Source: an uncultured Verrucomicrobiae bacterium (GTDB taxonomy: Bacteria > Verrucomicrobiota > Verrucomicrobiia > Chthoniobacterales > UBA10450). Taken from it: DNA of 64,000 bases. Positions 40,475-49,839 of the stretch are shown here, in pieces. The DNA lies in the NCBI GenBank assembly GCA_963801815.1, contig CAWDGJ010000007.1, forward strand, positions 1-64,000, given 5' to 3'. The notes under the pieces are model-generated. The model was given only the letters and a program-made list of their open reading frames with translations. It was not told where the DNA came from and searched no databases. Made by a program: the position numbers and the translations under genes. The stretch's first letter is position 1. The number at the start of each line of letters is the position of its first letter.

Positions 40475-41378
40475 TCACGGCGAAAATGGAAGATCGGCAA
40501 CTTGCGTAGAAATGCGCGCGTTTTCGTCCAAACACTGCTTCCAGTTTAGTGCCGACCGAATTAAAACCGCGTTTGACGTAACCAATCGCGATTTCCCGGT
40601 CACCGCTCCGCGTTGCGCTGGTGATCCAGCCGGCATCCTTTTCTGGCGGCCCGGAGATTAATCGCATACCCGGAGCGAATGCCGTCCCGGCCAACGAAAT
40701 CAAACCGCAAAGTTGCTTGTTTCGTTGTCCCGACATCTTCATTCGCGAAATGGTTTCCTGGCCGATGTAACAACCTTTCTCGTAATCGATGCAGCGCTGC
40801 TCGAGGTTGGCTTCGACTGGAATGATTTCGCCGGTCAGCTCGCGGCCCCAACGCGGAATTCCCCGCTCCATTCGCAGGCGTTCCCCGCAATCTTCATCGC
40901 AATACTGAAAGTGCCTGGCCAACTCCGTGTTGATCTGCGCGTGTTGACTCGCTTCGCACCAAACGTCGAATCCCGCACAACCGAACCGGTCCGCCAACAC
41001 CACGCCCGCCGGAACCGAAAGCCTCGGCTCATTCGCGCTGATCATATGGAAGATCGACCATTTTGCTGTCACGTCCTCGATCTCGACATCATCAGCGATG
41101 ATGTAACGTTCGAGCCGAGCCTGAAGAACTGGTCGTAGCGCCGGATCCGCATCGATCAGAAAAGAATCGCCGCCCGTGTGAACGAAGAAATGCGCGTCCA
41201 TCTTGCCCTTTGCATTTAAGACACAAGCTTCAATCGATCGCGTTTCGGTCGCTTTCCGAATGTCGTTCGTGATTTGTCCGTTGAGGAAGCGAACGCGATC
41301 CGCTCCGATCACACGCAATTTCACGCGCGGGGAAAGATCAAAAAATAGGCCGTTCCCAAGGCGAATTGGCGCCGTCAT
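40475..41378 (-). CDS. ygfZ: Folate-binding Fe-S/tRNA-modification protein YgfZ (GcvT family)
   Basis: KGCYIGQE motif; removing one base near 40530 gives a typical VADLPF C-terminus that stops at 40475. Confidence 0.88.
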
Positions 41379-41395
41379 TTGCTGGCGCGATTCGA

Positions 41396-42607
41396 CTATG
41401 ACCCGTCAGGTCCCGCGCTTTCCCCGCGGAGCAATTTCGCCAGCAAATCCATTGGCGAAGACGTAGCTGCTGGTTGCTCCGACGGAGTTTCAGGCTTTGC
41501 AACCGGCGAGGCAGACTGGGACGACTGCGTTTCCGGCTGATTCGTTGCAACCGGCGTCGACGCCGTGATGGGCTCGGCTGGAACGAATTGCTGTGTAACT
41601 GCGGGAATCTCCGGAGCTAACTCGGCCGGCGCTTGCGCGAGATCGGCCTCCTGCACCGCGGCGGCTACCTCGCCCATACTCGAGATTGTTGCGGCCGGCT
41701 CGATCGGCGGTGGTTTTTCAAACAGTTCCAAATCCTGTTCCACCGTCGGGAAAATCATCTCTGGAAAATATTTGCGAGCGACGACAGAGAAATCTTCCTC
41801 GGCAAAACCGCGCTGTTCCTGCTCGAGAAGTCGATCTCGTGCCGCAGTTGTGACTGCGAGCTCTAAGTGGTGCGACAAACCGAGCTGGCTGGCGATCTTC
41901 ATGTCCTTGAGCATGTGCTTGAGTGCAAAGTGCGGCTCGAAATTATTTTCGATCATCTTCGGCAATTTCATCGCCAGCGTTTTGGAGTAACTGGCGTTGT
42001 TCTGCAGCGCAGCCACAAATTTCTCGGCCGGAATGCCTACGTGATTCACAAGGGCCAGTCCTTCGGCCAATGCCTGAACACCCGCGGCGGTCGCGATATT
42101 CGTCGCCAGCTTCACCACTGTCGCCTGACCGATTTCGCCAATCTCAATGATCTCCTTCGAGCTCGCTTCCAGGATCGGTCGCGCTTCGCGCAGGGCGACT
42201 TCATCGCCGGCGACGTAAAAGACCAGTTCTCCCTTTTCTGCGCCCAGTTTACTGCCGGTGAAGGGCGCTTCGACAAAACGCGCGCCGCGCCGTTCCACCA
42301 AATCGGCAGCGCTGCGCATGGAATGCGGAGCCACCGTCGGATGAGCGATAACAATGTGGCGCGGGCCCAAAGCGGGCGCCATTTGGCGCAGGACATCCAA
42401 AAGCGCCTCATCGTCCGAGACAAAAATCTGGATGTAATCGCACATCTCAGCGAGCTCAGCCGGCGCCCCGACAAAATTCGGGACCGGCCGAGGATTGCGA
42501 TTCCACACGAAGACATGGAAGCCGCGTTCGCGAAGATTCTCCGCCACCCGGCTTCCGATGATTCCGAGTCCGAGCACCCCGACATTTTTCCTGGTTCGAC
42601 GAGCCAT
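41396..42607 (-). CDS. NAD(P)-dependent beta-hydroxyacid dehydrogenase with Pro/Ala/Glu-rich C-tail
   Basis: GVLGLGIIG, EAPFTGS, VKLATN and F.LKHMLKD. Confidence 0.88.
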   Translation of the reverse strand: MARRTRKNVGVLGLGIIGSRVAENLRERGFHVFVWNRNPRPVPNFVGAPAELAEMCDYIQIFVSDDEALLDVLRQMAPALGPRHIVIAHPTVAPHSMRSAADLVERRGARFVEAPFTGSKLGAEKGELVFYVAGDEVALREARPILEASSKEIIEIGEIGQATVVKLATNIATAAGVQALAEGLALVNHVGIPAEKFVAALQNNASYSKTLAMKLPKMIENNFEPHFALKHMLKDMKIASQLGLSHHLELAVTTAARDRLLEQEQRGFAEEDFSVVARKYFPEMIFPTVEQDLELFEKPPPIEPAATISSMGEVAAAVQEADLAQAPAELAPEIPAVTQQFVPAEPITASTPVATNQPETQSSQSASPVAKPETPSEQPAATSSPMDLLAKLLRGESAGPDGS

Positions 42608-42701
42608 TTGAGAGCTTTTGGCGGTTCCAGCCACCTTATTCAGCCTGCGGCGAAAACCGCTGTCGCGCAATCCATAAGTTGGCGATTTGGCCTACTGCGT
42701 T

Positions 42702-43601
42702 TTATTTGAACGCTAATTCCGAGAGGTAATAGGCCGCGACTGATCCTACAATTTGTAAACTTTGCGCGCTAAGTTTGTCGATCGTGTCTTCGGCGGTGTG
42801 CCACGGCGGATAATGAAAATCGATGAGATCGACGACCGGGATGCCGACGGCGTTCAACGGACTGTGGTCGTCGGTAATATCCTGGTCGAAATACGTAAAA
42901 TGGTTTCGCATCTTCAGCGCATCTGCCGCCGCAAAGATGCCGGCAGTGATCTTTGCCGGGGAATTTGGCGGCAGCGTGACGTCCAACGAGCTGTCGCCCA
43001 CCATGTCGAAAAGGAGTCCGCCCTGAAAAGACTTTACTGCTCCATTTTGGACAAGCTGCCGTGCGAAGTGACGGCTGCCATAGATCCCATCAGTTTGGCT
43101 AAAATTCTCAACAGCTTCCTCGCCATCGAAAAACACCAGCTCCATCTTCTCCGCCAGGCTTGGTTCCATTGAGAGTACTCGCGCCATTTCCAAAAGAAGC
43201 CCGGTGCTCGACCCGCTATCGTTCGCGCCGACAAACTTAAACGCATCGAAAATCTTGGTGTCGTAGTGCGAGCAAAGAAGAAAGACCGGTTTCGGTGACC
43301 TGCCGAAACGGGCAATCAGGTTTACAAACTTGATTTCACCGCGCGGAGTCTGATCGGAAAATGCCTGTTCCGAGATTGTCCATCCGAAAGACTCGAGCTG
43401 TTCCTCGATATAAGCACGCGCTCTGACAATCGCATCGGAACCAGGCGGCCGCGGACCGAGATCGACGAGCTCTTGCACGTGATCGAGGGCTTTCTCCCCG
43501 GAAAACAATGTCCAGATTTGCTTGGAGGGAGGCTTGGCGCAGGAACCGGCAACTAGCAGATACGCCAAAGCCAAAATCGGCATCCGGAAAGAGAACGACA
43601 T
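42702..43601 (-). CDS. M28 family peptidase / glutaminyl cyclase-like lipoprotein
   Basis: Lipobox AGS-C; SHYDTK, GANDSGS, DGEE, DDHSP and WHT. Confidence 0.88.
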   Translation of the reverse strand: MSFSFRMPILALAYLLVAGSCAKPPSKQIWTLFSGEKALDHVQELVDLGPRPPGSDAIVRARAYIEEQLESFGWTISEQAFSDQTPRGEIKFVNLIARFGRSPKPVFLLCSHYDTKIFDAFKFVGANDSGSSTGLLLEMARVLSMEPSLAEKMELVFFDGEEAVENFSQTDGIYGSRHFARQLVQNGAVKSFQGGLLFDMVGDSSLDVTLPPNSPAKITAGIFAAADALKMRNHFTYFDQDITDDHSPLNAVGIPVVDLIDFHYPPWHTAEDTIDKLSAQSLQIVGSVAAYYLSELAFK

Positions 43602-43613
43602 CTTGAATTCGAA

Positions 43614-44504
43614 TCAGCGCTCGCTGGAATTGAAACCAACGATATTCAAGATGCGCTGCAGGTCTTCGTCGCCGTAATATTCGATTTCGATTCGGCCGCG
43701 TTTCGGCGTGTGATGAATCGTCACATTCGTGCCGAAATGTTGACGCAATTTGTCCTGCAAATCATCGATCGCCGCCGAACTCACAACAATTTGTGGCGAA
43801 CGCCGGCGTTTTTTCCAGCCTCCAAGGAATCGTCCTACCAATCGCTCCGTCTGGCGCACACTCGAGTTGCGGCGCAAGATGGTTTCGCCCAGACGCAGCT
43901 GCTCTTCGGGAGCCTTGACTCCGAGAAGGACCTTGGCGTGTCCAACCGAAAGCAGATCCTGCCCGACCCACGTTTGGAGTTGCGGATGCAGTTCGAGCAA
44001 GCGCATCGCGTTCGCAACTGCGGCGCGACTCCGGCCGACTTTCTGCGAGATCTCCTCCTGTTTCATTCCAAATTCATCTCGCAGGCGTGCGTAGCCTTGA
44101 GCCTCCTCGATCGGATTCAGATCGCTCCGCTGGAGGTTTTCGATTAACGAAAGCTCGAGGACTTCCAAGTCGCTGGCCGTGCGAATGATTACTGGCACTT
44201 CGGTCAGCCCAACTTCCTGCGCCGCTCGCCATCGTCGCTCACCTGCGATCAATTCGTGCGTGCCACCGTTCAAGCGTCGAACGATGAGCGGCTGAATGAT
44301 TCCGTGTTGTCGAATTGAATCGACTAGTTCCCGCAATGCTTCTTCGCCAAAGTCTTTTCGCGGCTGCAACGGACTTGGAACGATGCTCGCCAGCCGGACT
44401 TTCCGGACTTGCTCGCCAGATGCATCCGCATCCTCTTCACGCGCCGGCGGCGGACGCGAACCGATAAGCGCACCCAGACCTTTGCCGAGTCCTGACTTCG
44501 CCAT
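43614..44504 (-). CDS. parB: Chromosome partitioning protein ParB/Spo0J
   Basis: GLGKGLGALI, QPRKDF, AGERRWRA, ENLQR and HTH. Confidence 0.95.
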   Translation of the reverse strand: MAKSGLGKGLGALIGSRPPPAREEDADASGEQVRKVRLASIVPSPLQPRKDFGEEALRELVDSIRQHGIIQPLIVRRLNGGTHELIAGERRWRAAQEVGLTEVPVIIRTASDLEVLELSLIENLQRSDLNPIEEAQGYARLRDEFGMKQEEISQKVGRSRAAVANAMRLLELHPQLQTWVGQDLLSVGHAKVLLGVKAPEEQLRLGETILRRNSSVRQTERLVGRFLGGWKKRRRSPQIVVSSAAIDDLQDKLRQHFGTNVTIHHTPKRGRIEIEYYGDEDLQRILNIVGFNSSER

Positions 44505-44598
44505 GTGCCTGAGGCTATCGGAAGCATTTCGACAACGCAAATAGCAATCAAACGCTCGAGGCTGTTGCGCGGTTCGCGACCGCGGTTAGCATGCGGCC

Positions 44599-45453
44599 AT
44601 GTGGCGGGCTCCTGAAGTTTTCACCCTCGGACATTCTCCGGATCCGGACGACGCCTTCATGTTTTACGCGATCGCAAAGAACAAGATCGATCTCCGAGGA
44701 TATCGATTCGAGCATCGGCTGGAAGACATCCAGACACTGAACGAACGCGCAATGCGCGGCGAACTGCACATCTCGGCGATTTCCATTCACGCCTACGCTT
44801 ATGTCGCAGACAAGTATGCGCTGCTTCCCTGCGGAGCGAGCATGGGCGATGGATATGGCCCGATTGTCATCGGGCAAACCCGAAATCCGAATGCCGAAAC
44901 CCGAAGTTGGCTGCGCGGACAGCTCATTGCCGTTCCGGGCACCATGACGAGCGCTTTTCTGGCGCTGCGACTTTATCTGGGTGAGTTCAAACACATCGTC
45001 GTCCCGTTCGATCAAATCTTCGACGCCGTAACCAAAGGCAAAGCTGAGGCCGGCCTAATTATCCATGAGGGACAGCTGACTTACACCAAATCCGGTTTCG
45101 AAAAAATTGTCGACCTTGGCGAATGGTGGAAAGGCGAAACCGGCTTGCCCCTACCCTTGGGCGGCAACGTGATTCGCAAAGATATTCCGCCCGTTATCCG
45201 CCATGATCTTTTGGAGATTATGCGTGAAAGTATCGATTACGGCCTGGCGCATCGTGATGAAGCGGTCGCGCACTCGATGCCTTACGCCCGGGACATGAAT
45301 GAGCAGCTGGCCGATAAATTCATCGGCATGTACGTCAACGATTTTACTCGTGACTATGGGGAGAACGGCCGCGCGGCGATTCGAAAATTTCTCGGCGACG
45401 CCAAGAGCGGCGGCTATATCGACGGTCTGGTCGAAATTGAGTTCGTTGAGTAG
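44599..45453 (+). CDS. mqnD: 1,4-dihydroxy-6-naphthoate synthase (futalosine menaquinone pathway)
   Basis: GHSPDPDDAFMFYA, IIHEGQLTY, LPLPLG and MYVN. Confidence 0.88.
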   Translation: MWRAPEVFTLGHSPDPDDAFMFYAIAKNKIDLRGYRFEHRLEDIQTLNERAMRGELHISAISIHAYAYVADKYALLPCGASMGDGYGPIVIGQTRNPNAETRSWLRGQLIAVPGTMTSAFLALRLYLGEFKHIVVPFDQIFDAVTKGKAEAGLIIHEGQLTYTKSGFEKIVDLGEWWKGETGLPLPLGGNVIRKDIPPVIRHDLLEIMRESIDYGLAHRDEAVAHSMPYARDMNEQLADKFIGMYVNDFTRDYGENGRAAIRKFLGDAKSGGYIDGLVEIEFVE

Positions 45454-45633
45454 CTATTTCTTTTCCTGCTTCTCCGTTTTGCCGACCTGCTTCGTGACAA
45501 AAGTCTTGATGCGGTTGAATTCCTTTTGGAAGCCAGTCGCAAAATCGTGAGTGCCGTATTCGAAAAGGACCACGAAACAAAAGGTGAAGAAGATAAACAA
45601 AACGATCCAAAATAGCCCGCGCAAGAGAGACAT
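45454..45633 (-). CDS. Small single-TM protein
   Basis: Hydrophobic helix, then VLFEYG..F..GF. Confidence 0.65.
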   Translation of the reverse strand: MSLLRGLFWIVLFIFFTFCFVVLFEYGTHDFATGFQKEFNRIKTFVTKQVGKTEKQEKK

Positions 45634-45732
45634 GCCCGAAAGGGTAACTGAGCCGCCGTTATCGGTCAATTGGCCGCCTGACCGGGAAACTTCGGATTGA
45701 TCGTCCCGGCGGAACTGACAAGCTATTCGACG

Positions 45733-46917
45733 ATGCGAGTCCGGCTTTTGGACCTAAGCGAGCAATACCACGCCCTGTCGCGAGAAATCCGCGCTGCCAC
45801 CGACGAAGTCCTTTCGAGTCAGCGATTCATTCTGGGCCCGAAACTGGCCGAGTTTGAGAAAGCCGCGGCGGAATATTGCCGGGCGCCACATGCCATTGGC
45901 GTTTCGTCGGGGACCGACGCGCTCCTGGCGGTCCTGATGGCCCTCGAAATCGGAATTGGAGACGCAGTTATCACTACGGTGTATTCGTTTTTCGCGACCG
46001 GCGGATGCATTGCACGCGTCGGAGCGACGCCGGTTTTCATCGACATCGAACCGGACACTTACAACATTTCTGCAGCGGCGTTGCGACGCTACCTTGAGAA
46101 AAATTGCCATGCGGTCGAAGGCAAACTGGTCAACGAGAATCGACAAACCATCGTCGCGGTTATTCCCGTTCATATTTTTGGTTTGTGTTGTGACATGAGC
46201 CAAATGCTCGCAATCGCCCGCGAGCACAATTTGATTTTGATCGAAGACGCGGCTCAAGCCATCGGCGTGGAGTTTCCGCTGGAAAATGGACCCGCCAAAG
46301 CCGGGACCATGGGCGATGTTGGTTGCTTCAGTTTCTATCCGTCCAAAAATCTCGGCGCAGCAGGGGACGCTGGCCTGGTCGTTTGCCGCAACGCGCAATT
46401 TGCCGAGCGTTTGCGTCTTTGTCGCCACCACGGAATGGGCGCGCAGTATCGACATGACTTCGTGGGCGGCAATTTTCGGCTCGACGAAATCCAGGCTGCA
46501 ATCTTGAACGTAAAATTACCTCACCTTGATGCTTGGTCGGCGGCGCGGCGCGAGGCCGCGAATTTCTACACGAAAGAGTTTCAGCATGTTGGACTAGATA
46601 AAAAAATCAAACTTCCAGTCGAGCCCTACGGACAGAGCGGCCTAACAAACCATCACATTTATCATCAGTATGTGATTCGCCTGTCACGACGAGATGATTT
46701 GCGAAAGCACCTGGCCGACCGGGAAATTGAAACAGCCATTTACTACCCGTTGGCGTTGCATGAGCAGCCTTGTTTCGAATACCTCGGCTACAAAGCGGGC
46801 GACTTTCCGGAAGCGGAACGCGCTGCTCGAGAAAGCCTGGCATTGCCGATCTATCCGGAAATTTCGCGCGAAGCGCAGCAATACGTTGTAAATTGCATCG
46901 CGGACTTTTTCAGCTAG
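45733..46917 (+). CDS. DegT/DnrJ/EryC1/StrS PLP aminotransferase
   Basis: SSGTDAL, IEDAAQA, SFYPSKNLG and NFRLDEIQAA. Confidence 0.93.
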   Translation: MRVRLLDLSEQYHALSREIRAATDEVLSSQRFILGPKLAEFEKAAAEYCRAPHAIGVSSGTDALLAVLMALEIGIGDAVITTVYSFFATGGCIARVGATPVFIDIEPDTYNISAAALRRYLEKNCHAVEGKLVNENRQTIVAVIPVHIFGLCCDMSQMLAIAREHNLILIEDAAQAIGVEFPLENGPAKAGTMGDVGCFSFYPSKNLGAAGDAGLVVCRNAQFAERLRLCRHHGMGAQYRHDFVGGNFRLDEIQAAILNVKLPHLDAWSAARREAANFYTKEFQHVGLDKKIKLPVEPYGQSGLTNHHIYHQYVIRLSRRDDLRKHLADREIETAIYYPLALHEQPCFEYLGYKAGDFPEAERAARESLALPIYPEISREAQQYVVNCIADFFS

Positions 46918-46941
46918 AGATCAAGACTCCAGAACCGTCGC

Positions 46942-47025
46942 GGGTAGGTACCGAAGTGGCCAAACGGGGCAGACTGTAAATCTGCTGGCTTTACGCCTTC
47001 GCTGGTTCGAATCCAGCCCTGCCCA
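46942..47025 (+). tRNA. tRNA-Tyr (GTA), CCA not encoded
   Basis: GGGTAGG/CCTGCCC acceptor stem, GCAGA-CTGTAAA-TCTGC anticodon arm, long variable arm, GGTTCGAATCC. Confidence 0.96.
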
Positions 47026-47042
47026 CTTTTACTTTTCCCGAG

Positions 47043-48602
47043 CTATTCCACTTGGAATTGCTGTTGCTGCACAAGATTGCGAAGCCGCTTATTGCGGAAT
47101 AACAGGTAGGGACCGAATTCCCTCCACAAATCAAACCCGTCTCGAACCACCCGGTTTGGTTCGTCCGGACCAAGTTCCGCCGAACGATTCGGTTCATAAA
47201 GCACATCCCACGCTCGATTGAGAACCAGCCAGTCTGCGCGGGCCACATCACGAGCCAGGCGAGAGCCTGGAGCGTTGGCCGCACCCGCATCCATTTGCAG
47301 AAAATAACTCGCCGGAGGCAGCTGTGGAAAAAGATGATAAATCCAAGTGTCACAATAGCGCGTGCGACGCAGATCCGCCGGGCCCACAAAAAGGAATTGC
47401 CCTGCCACGGAGACTCTTTGCAATTCGGCGACAACCTGATCGGCAGCTTGCGGCAGTTGATTTTTTGCCACCGGAAATGAGCGACCGTTTTGCTTGATGA
47501 AAACTCCTTGGTCGCGCGGCCTTAACTTGAAAAGTTGAATAGCGACCCACACAACGGCTAATATTGCAATTGCCTTCGACCATCGTGGTAAACGCTTAGG
47601 CAGGGCGGAAACGAAAACCGAAAACGAAAGCGGCAACAACATGAAAGAAACCAGGGCGGCATTGACCACATGCCCGCTGTCGAATCGCGACAAGGGGTAA
47701 TGAATAAGGCCCAGCCCGAGCAGCGCCGCGCCCAAAAAGGAACGTCCACGGTCTGAGTGGGAGCTGCGAAAATCGTAGAAAGCGACCGCTATGTTCGCGG
47801 CACTCGCCGCGACGTAAAGGCAAAATACCCAAACAATTTCCGCCGGCGCGCTCGAGATCGGCAAGTGTCCGCGCGGTCCAATGCGAATAACCGGTAGCAG
47901 AAACAAACTGTCCACTAGTTGCATCGGTCCCACTACGACAGCGAAGTAAAACAACGGAAGCAACCCGGTCGCCACACCCGCGAGAAACCATTTTTGCTTC
48001 GCGGGTCGCATCGCGACAAAGAACGGTAAAAGCGCAACCGTCAGGGCGAGGGCGAAATCGCAACGACACGACAACGCAATGCCACCAAGGAATCCTGCTC
48101 CGAAACATCGCACACGCGACTCCACGCCTGCCATCACCCAAAGCGCGCAAAGCGCGAACGAGATCCCGGCGAACCACGTGTTTGCCCACACTTCGGTAAT
48201 CCCGAGCAACATCGCAGCGAAAAGTCCGCACACCGCGCCGATAACGATCCCCCAACGTTGTGCGATTCCAAAAATCGCGAGGAGAATGAGCACCCGATAA
48301 GTCAATCCAACCGTGCGTTCGACAAAAACATTTGCGCCAAACAACGAGTACGTTCCCGACAAGAAGAACAGGTTTCCGGGGCCATAAACACTCTCGAAGT
48401 CCCGATAAGGCAGGTGTCCTTTCAAGAACATCTCGGGATAGACGAGGGTGACACCTTCGTCCTCTTGCTGGCCGGGCAAACGAAAGGCCGGCCATAGAAG
48501 AAGGACCAACAACGCCGCCAGAACAAGGAAAGCGAGAGATTTCAAAAACGCGCCCCGACGACTCAAAAGCATCCGCGATAACTCCGAGTTGATAGTAACC
48601 AT
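47043..48602 (-). CDS. Polytopic membrane protein, GT-C glycosyltransferase-like
   Basis: EDEG...G.LPYRDF...YGPG loop after TM1; more than 10 TM segments; periplasmic C-domain. Confidence 0.7.
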   Translation of the reverse strand: MVTINSELSRMLLSRRGAFLKSLAFLVLAALLVLLLWPAFRLPGQQEDEGVTLVYPEMFLKGHLPYRDFESVYGPGNLFFLSGTYSLFGANVFVERTVGLTYRVLILLAIFGIAQRWGIVIGAVCGLFAAMLLGITEVWANTWFAGISFALCALWVMAGVESRVRCFGAGFLGGIALSCRCDFALALTVALLPFFVAMRPAKQKWFLAGVATGLLPLFYFAVVVGPMQLVDSLFLLPVIRIGPRGHLPISSAPAEIVWVFCLYVAASAANIAVAFYDFRSSHSDRGRSFLGAALLGLGLIHYPLSRFDSGHVVNAALVSFMLLPLSFSVFVSALPKRLPRWSKAIAILAVVWVAIQLFKLRPRDQGVFIKQNGRSFPVAKNQLPQAADQVVAELQRVSVAGQFLFVGPADLRRTRYCDTWIYHLFPQLPPASYFLQMDAGAANAPGSRLARDVARADWLVLNRAWDVLYEPNRSAELGPDEPNRVVRDGFDLWREFGPYLLFRNKRLRNLVQQQQFQVE

Positions 48603-48829
48603 AAACTCGTAGCGGTTTCACTTTTAAAAATCGAGGTCGTGCCCGTCGAAACTTTCGACTCGCTGCCGAGTTGGTCTCTTACAGGACGACAGCGAAAGAA
48701 TTTCGTCCGACAATTTCGTCACAGTTGGTCGCGAGAATAGCGGCCAGCAGCTTCAGGTAAATTCAGCCCAACCCTGATTAACCTCTCAGGTTTCGAAGTT
48801 GGGCCGATTGTGTGCGCCTGCCTACGTTT

Positions 48830-49213
48830 CTAACGGCGACGTCGTCGCGTCTCGCTACGTGAGGATGCCGATCTTCGACGCGGTTTGGCTTTACCTCGTC
48901 TGGTCGTAGGACGCTTTCTCGACCTCGCGGCTTTGCGCGCTGTCCTTCTCTTGGCAGTGACTTTGCGCACTGCTTTTCTAACGCGCTTAGGCCCGGGTGT
49001 GAGCACACGCCGAGTGGCCCTCTTCACTGCGGGTTTCAGCCGTCCTTCACCGGCAGCTTTTCCAGCCATCGCGCCGACAATTCCTCCGACGACAGCGCCA
49101 GCCGGACCCATCACGCTGCCAAGTGCGGCGCCGGCGACGGCGCCAGCTGTTGCTTTGGGAATCGGGGGGACTTCTATGTTTTCGCTATCTTCTTTGTGTT
49201 GCGCTTCAGCCAT
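48830..49213 (-). CDS. Glycine-zipper protein with Arg/Lys-rich tail
   Basis: GAVAGAALGSVMGPAGAVVGGIVGAMAG followed by a highly basic ~65 aa; AGGAG RBS. Confidence 0.75.
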   Translation of the reverse strand: MAEAQHKEDSENIEVPPIPKATAGAVAGAALGSVMGPAGAVVGGIVGAMAGKAAGEGRLKPAVKRATRRVLTPGPKRVRKAVRKVTAKRRTARKAARSRKRPTTRRGKAKPRRRSASSRSETRRRRR

Positions 49214-49267
49214 AACAGGAACTCCTTTTACTAGATGGTTCGCGTCGACACATCACCGCAGACGTGC

Positions 49268-49300
49268 AAAAAAAAGCGGCCGCCGCAGCGACCGCTTTTT
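49268..49300. terminator. Rho-independent terminator (bidirectional) after the RRM gene
   Basis: A8-GCGGCCGC-CGCA-GCGACCGC-T5. Confidence 0.8.
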
Positions 49301-49323
49301 CAGAAAGTATATGAAGTGGTCGA

Positions 49324-49656
49324 TTAACGCCCGCGGCGCTGTCCCCCGTCGCGTCGTCGATCTCCACCATAGCCACCGCCGCCACCGCCCCCGCCTGGCG
49401 GCCGCGGCTCGCGCGGACGCGCTTCGTTAACGGTTAACGCGCGACCTTCGAGCGTCTTGCCGTTAATTTCAGCGATAGCTTTTTGCGCGTCCTGTTCGGA
49501 GCCCATCGTGACGAAGGCGAAACCGCGCGATTTGCCAGTGAATTTGTCCTGCATCAGCATGACCTCCTGGACCGCGCCAGCTTGCGAAAAAAGCTCCTGC
49601 AGTTCGTTTTCGGTGGTGTTAAATGGGAGATTTCCCACGTATAATTTAGTTGGCAT
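49324..49656 (-). CDS. RRM (RNP-1) RNA-binding protein with Gly/Arg tail
   Basis: KLYVGNL, SRGFAFV and VNEARPRE. Confidence 0.95.
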   Translation of the reverse strand: MPTKLYVGNLPFNTTENELQELFSQAGAVQEVMLMQDKFTGKSRGFAFVTMGSEQDAQKAIAEINGKTLEGRALTVNEARPREPRPPGGGGGGGGYGGDRRRDGGQRRGR

Positions 49657-49839
49657 TGAATCTAATCTGGAAAACGCCGCCAGGACATTTCTCCCGCTTT
49701 TGAATATCAAATCGCCGCTGAATCAATTCCAACTGACAATCGGCGGACTTCCGAGCTGCTGTTTTCTCCTTTCGGGCTCATTGTGTAGAGTGCTTCGAAT
49801 GGGAAAGCAATCAAAAATCGCGGGTGGTCAAACGTCGAG

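Noticed and set aside
46942..48800. Genomic island integrated at tRNA-Tyr
   Set aside because: No integrase and no duplicated tRNA 3' end seen.
49657..49800. Structured regulatory leader of the RRM gene
   Set aside because: Plausible, but I could not support a specific fold or known motif by eye.
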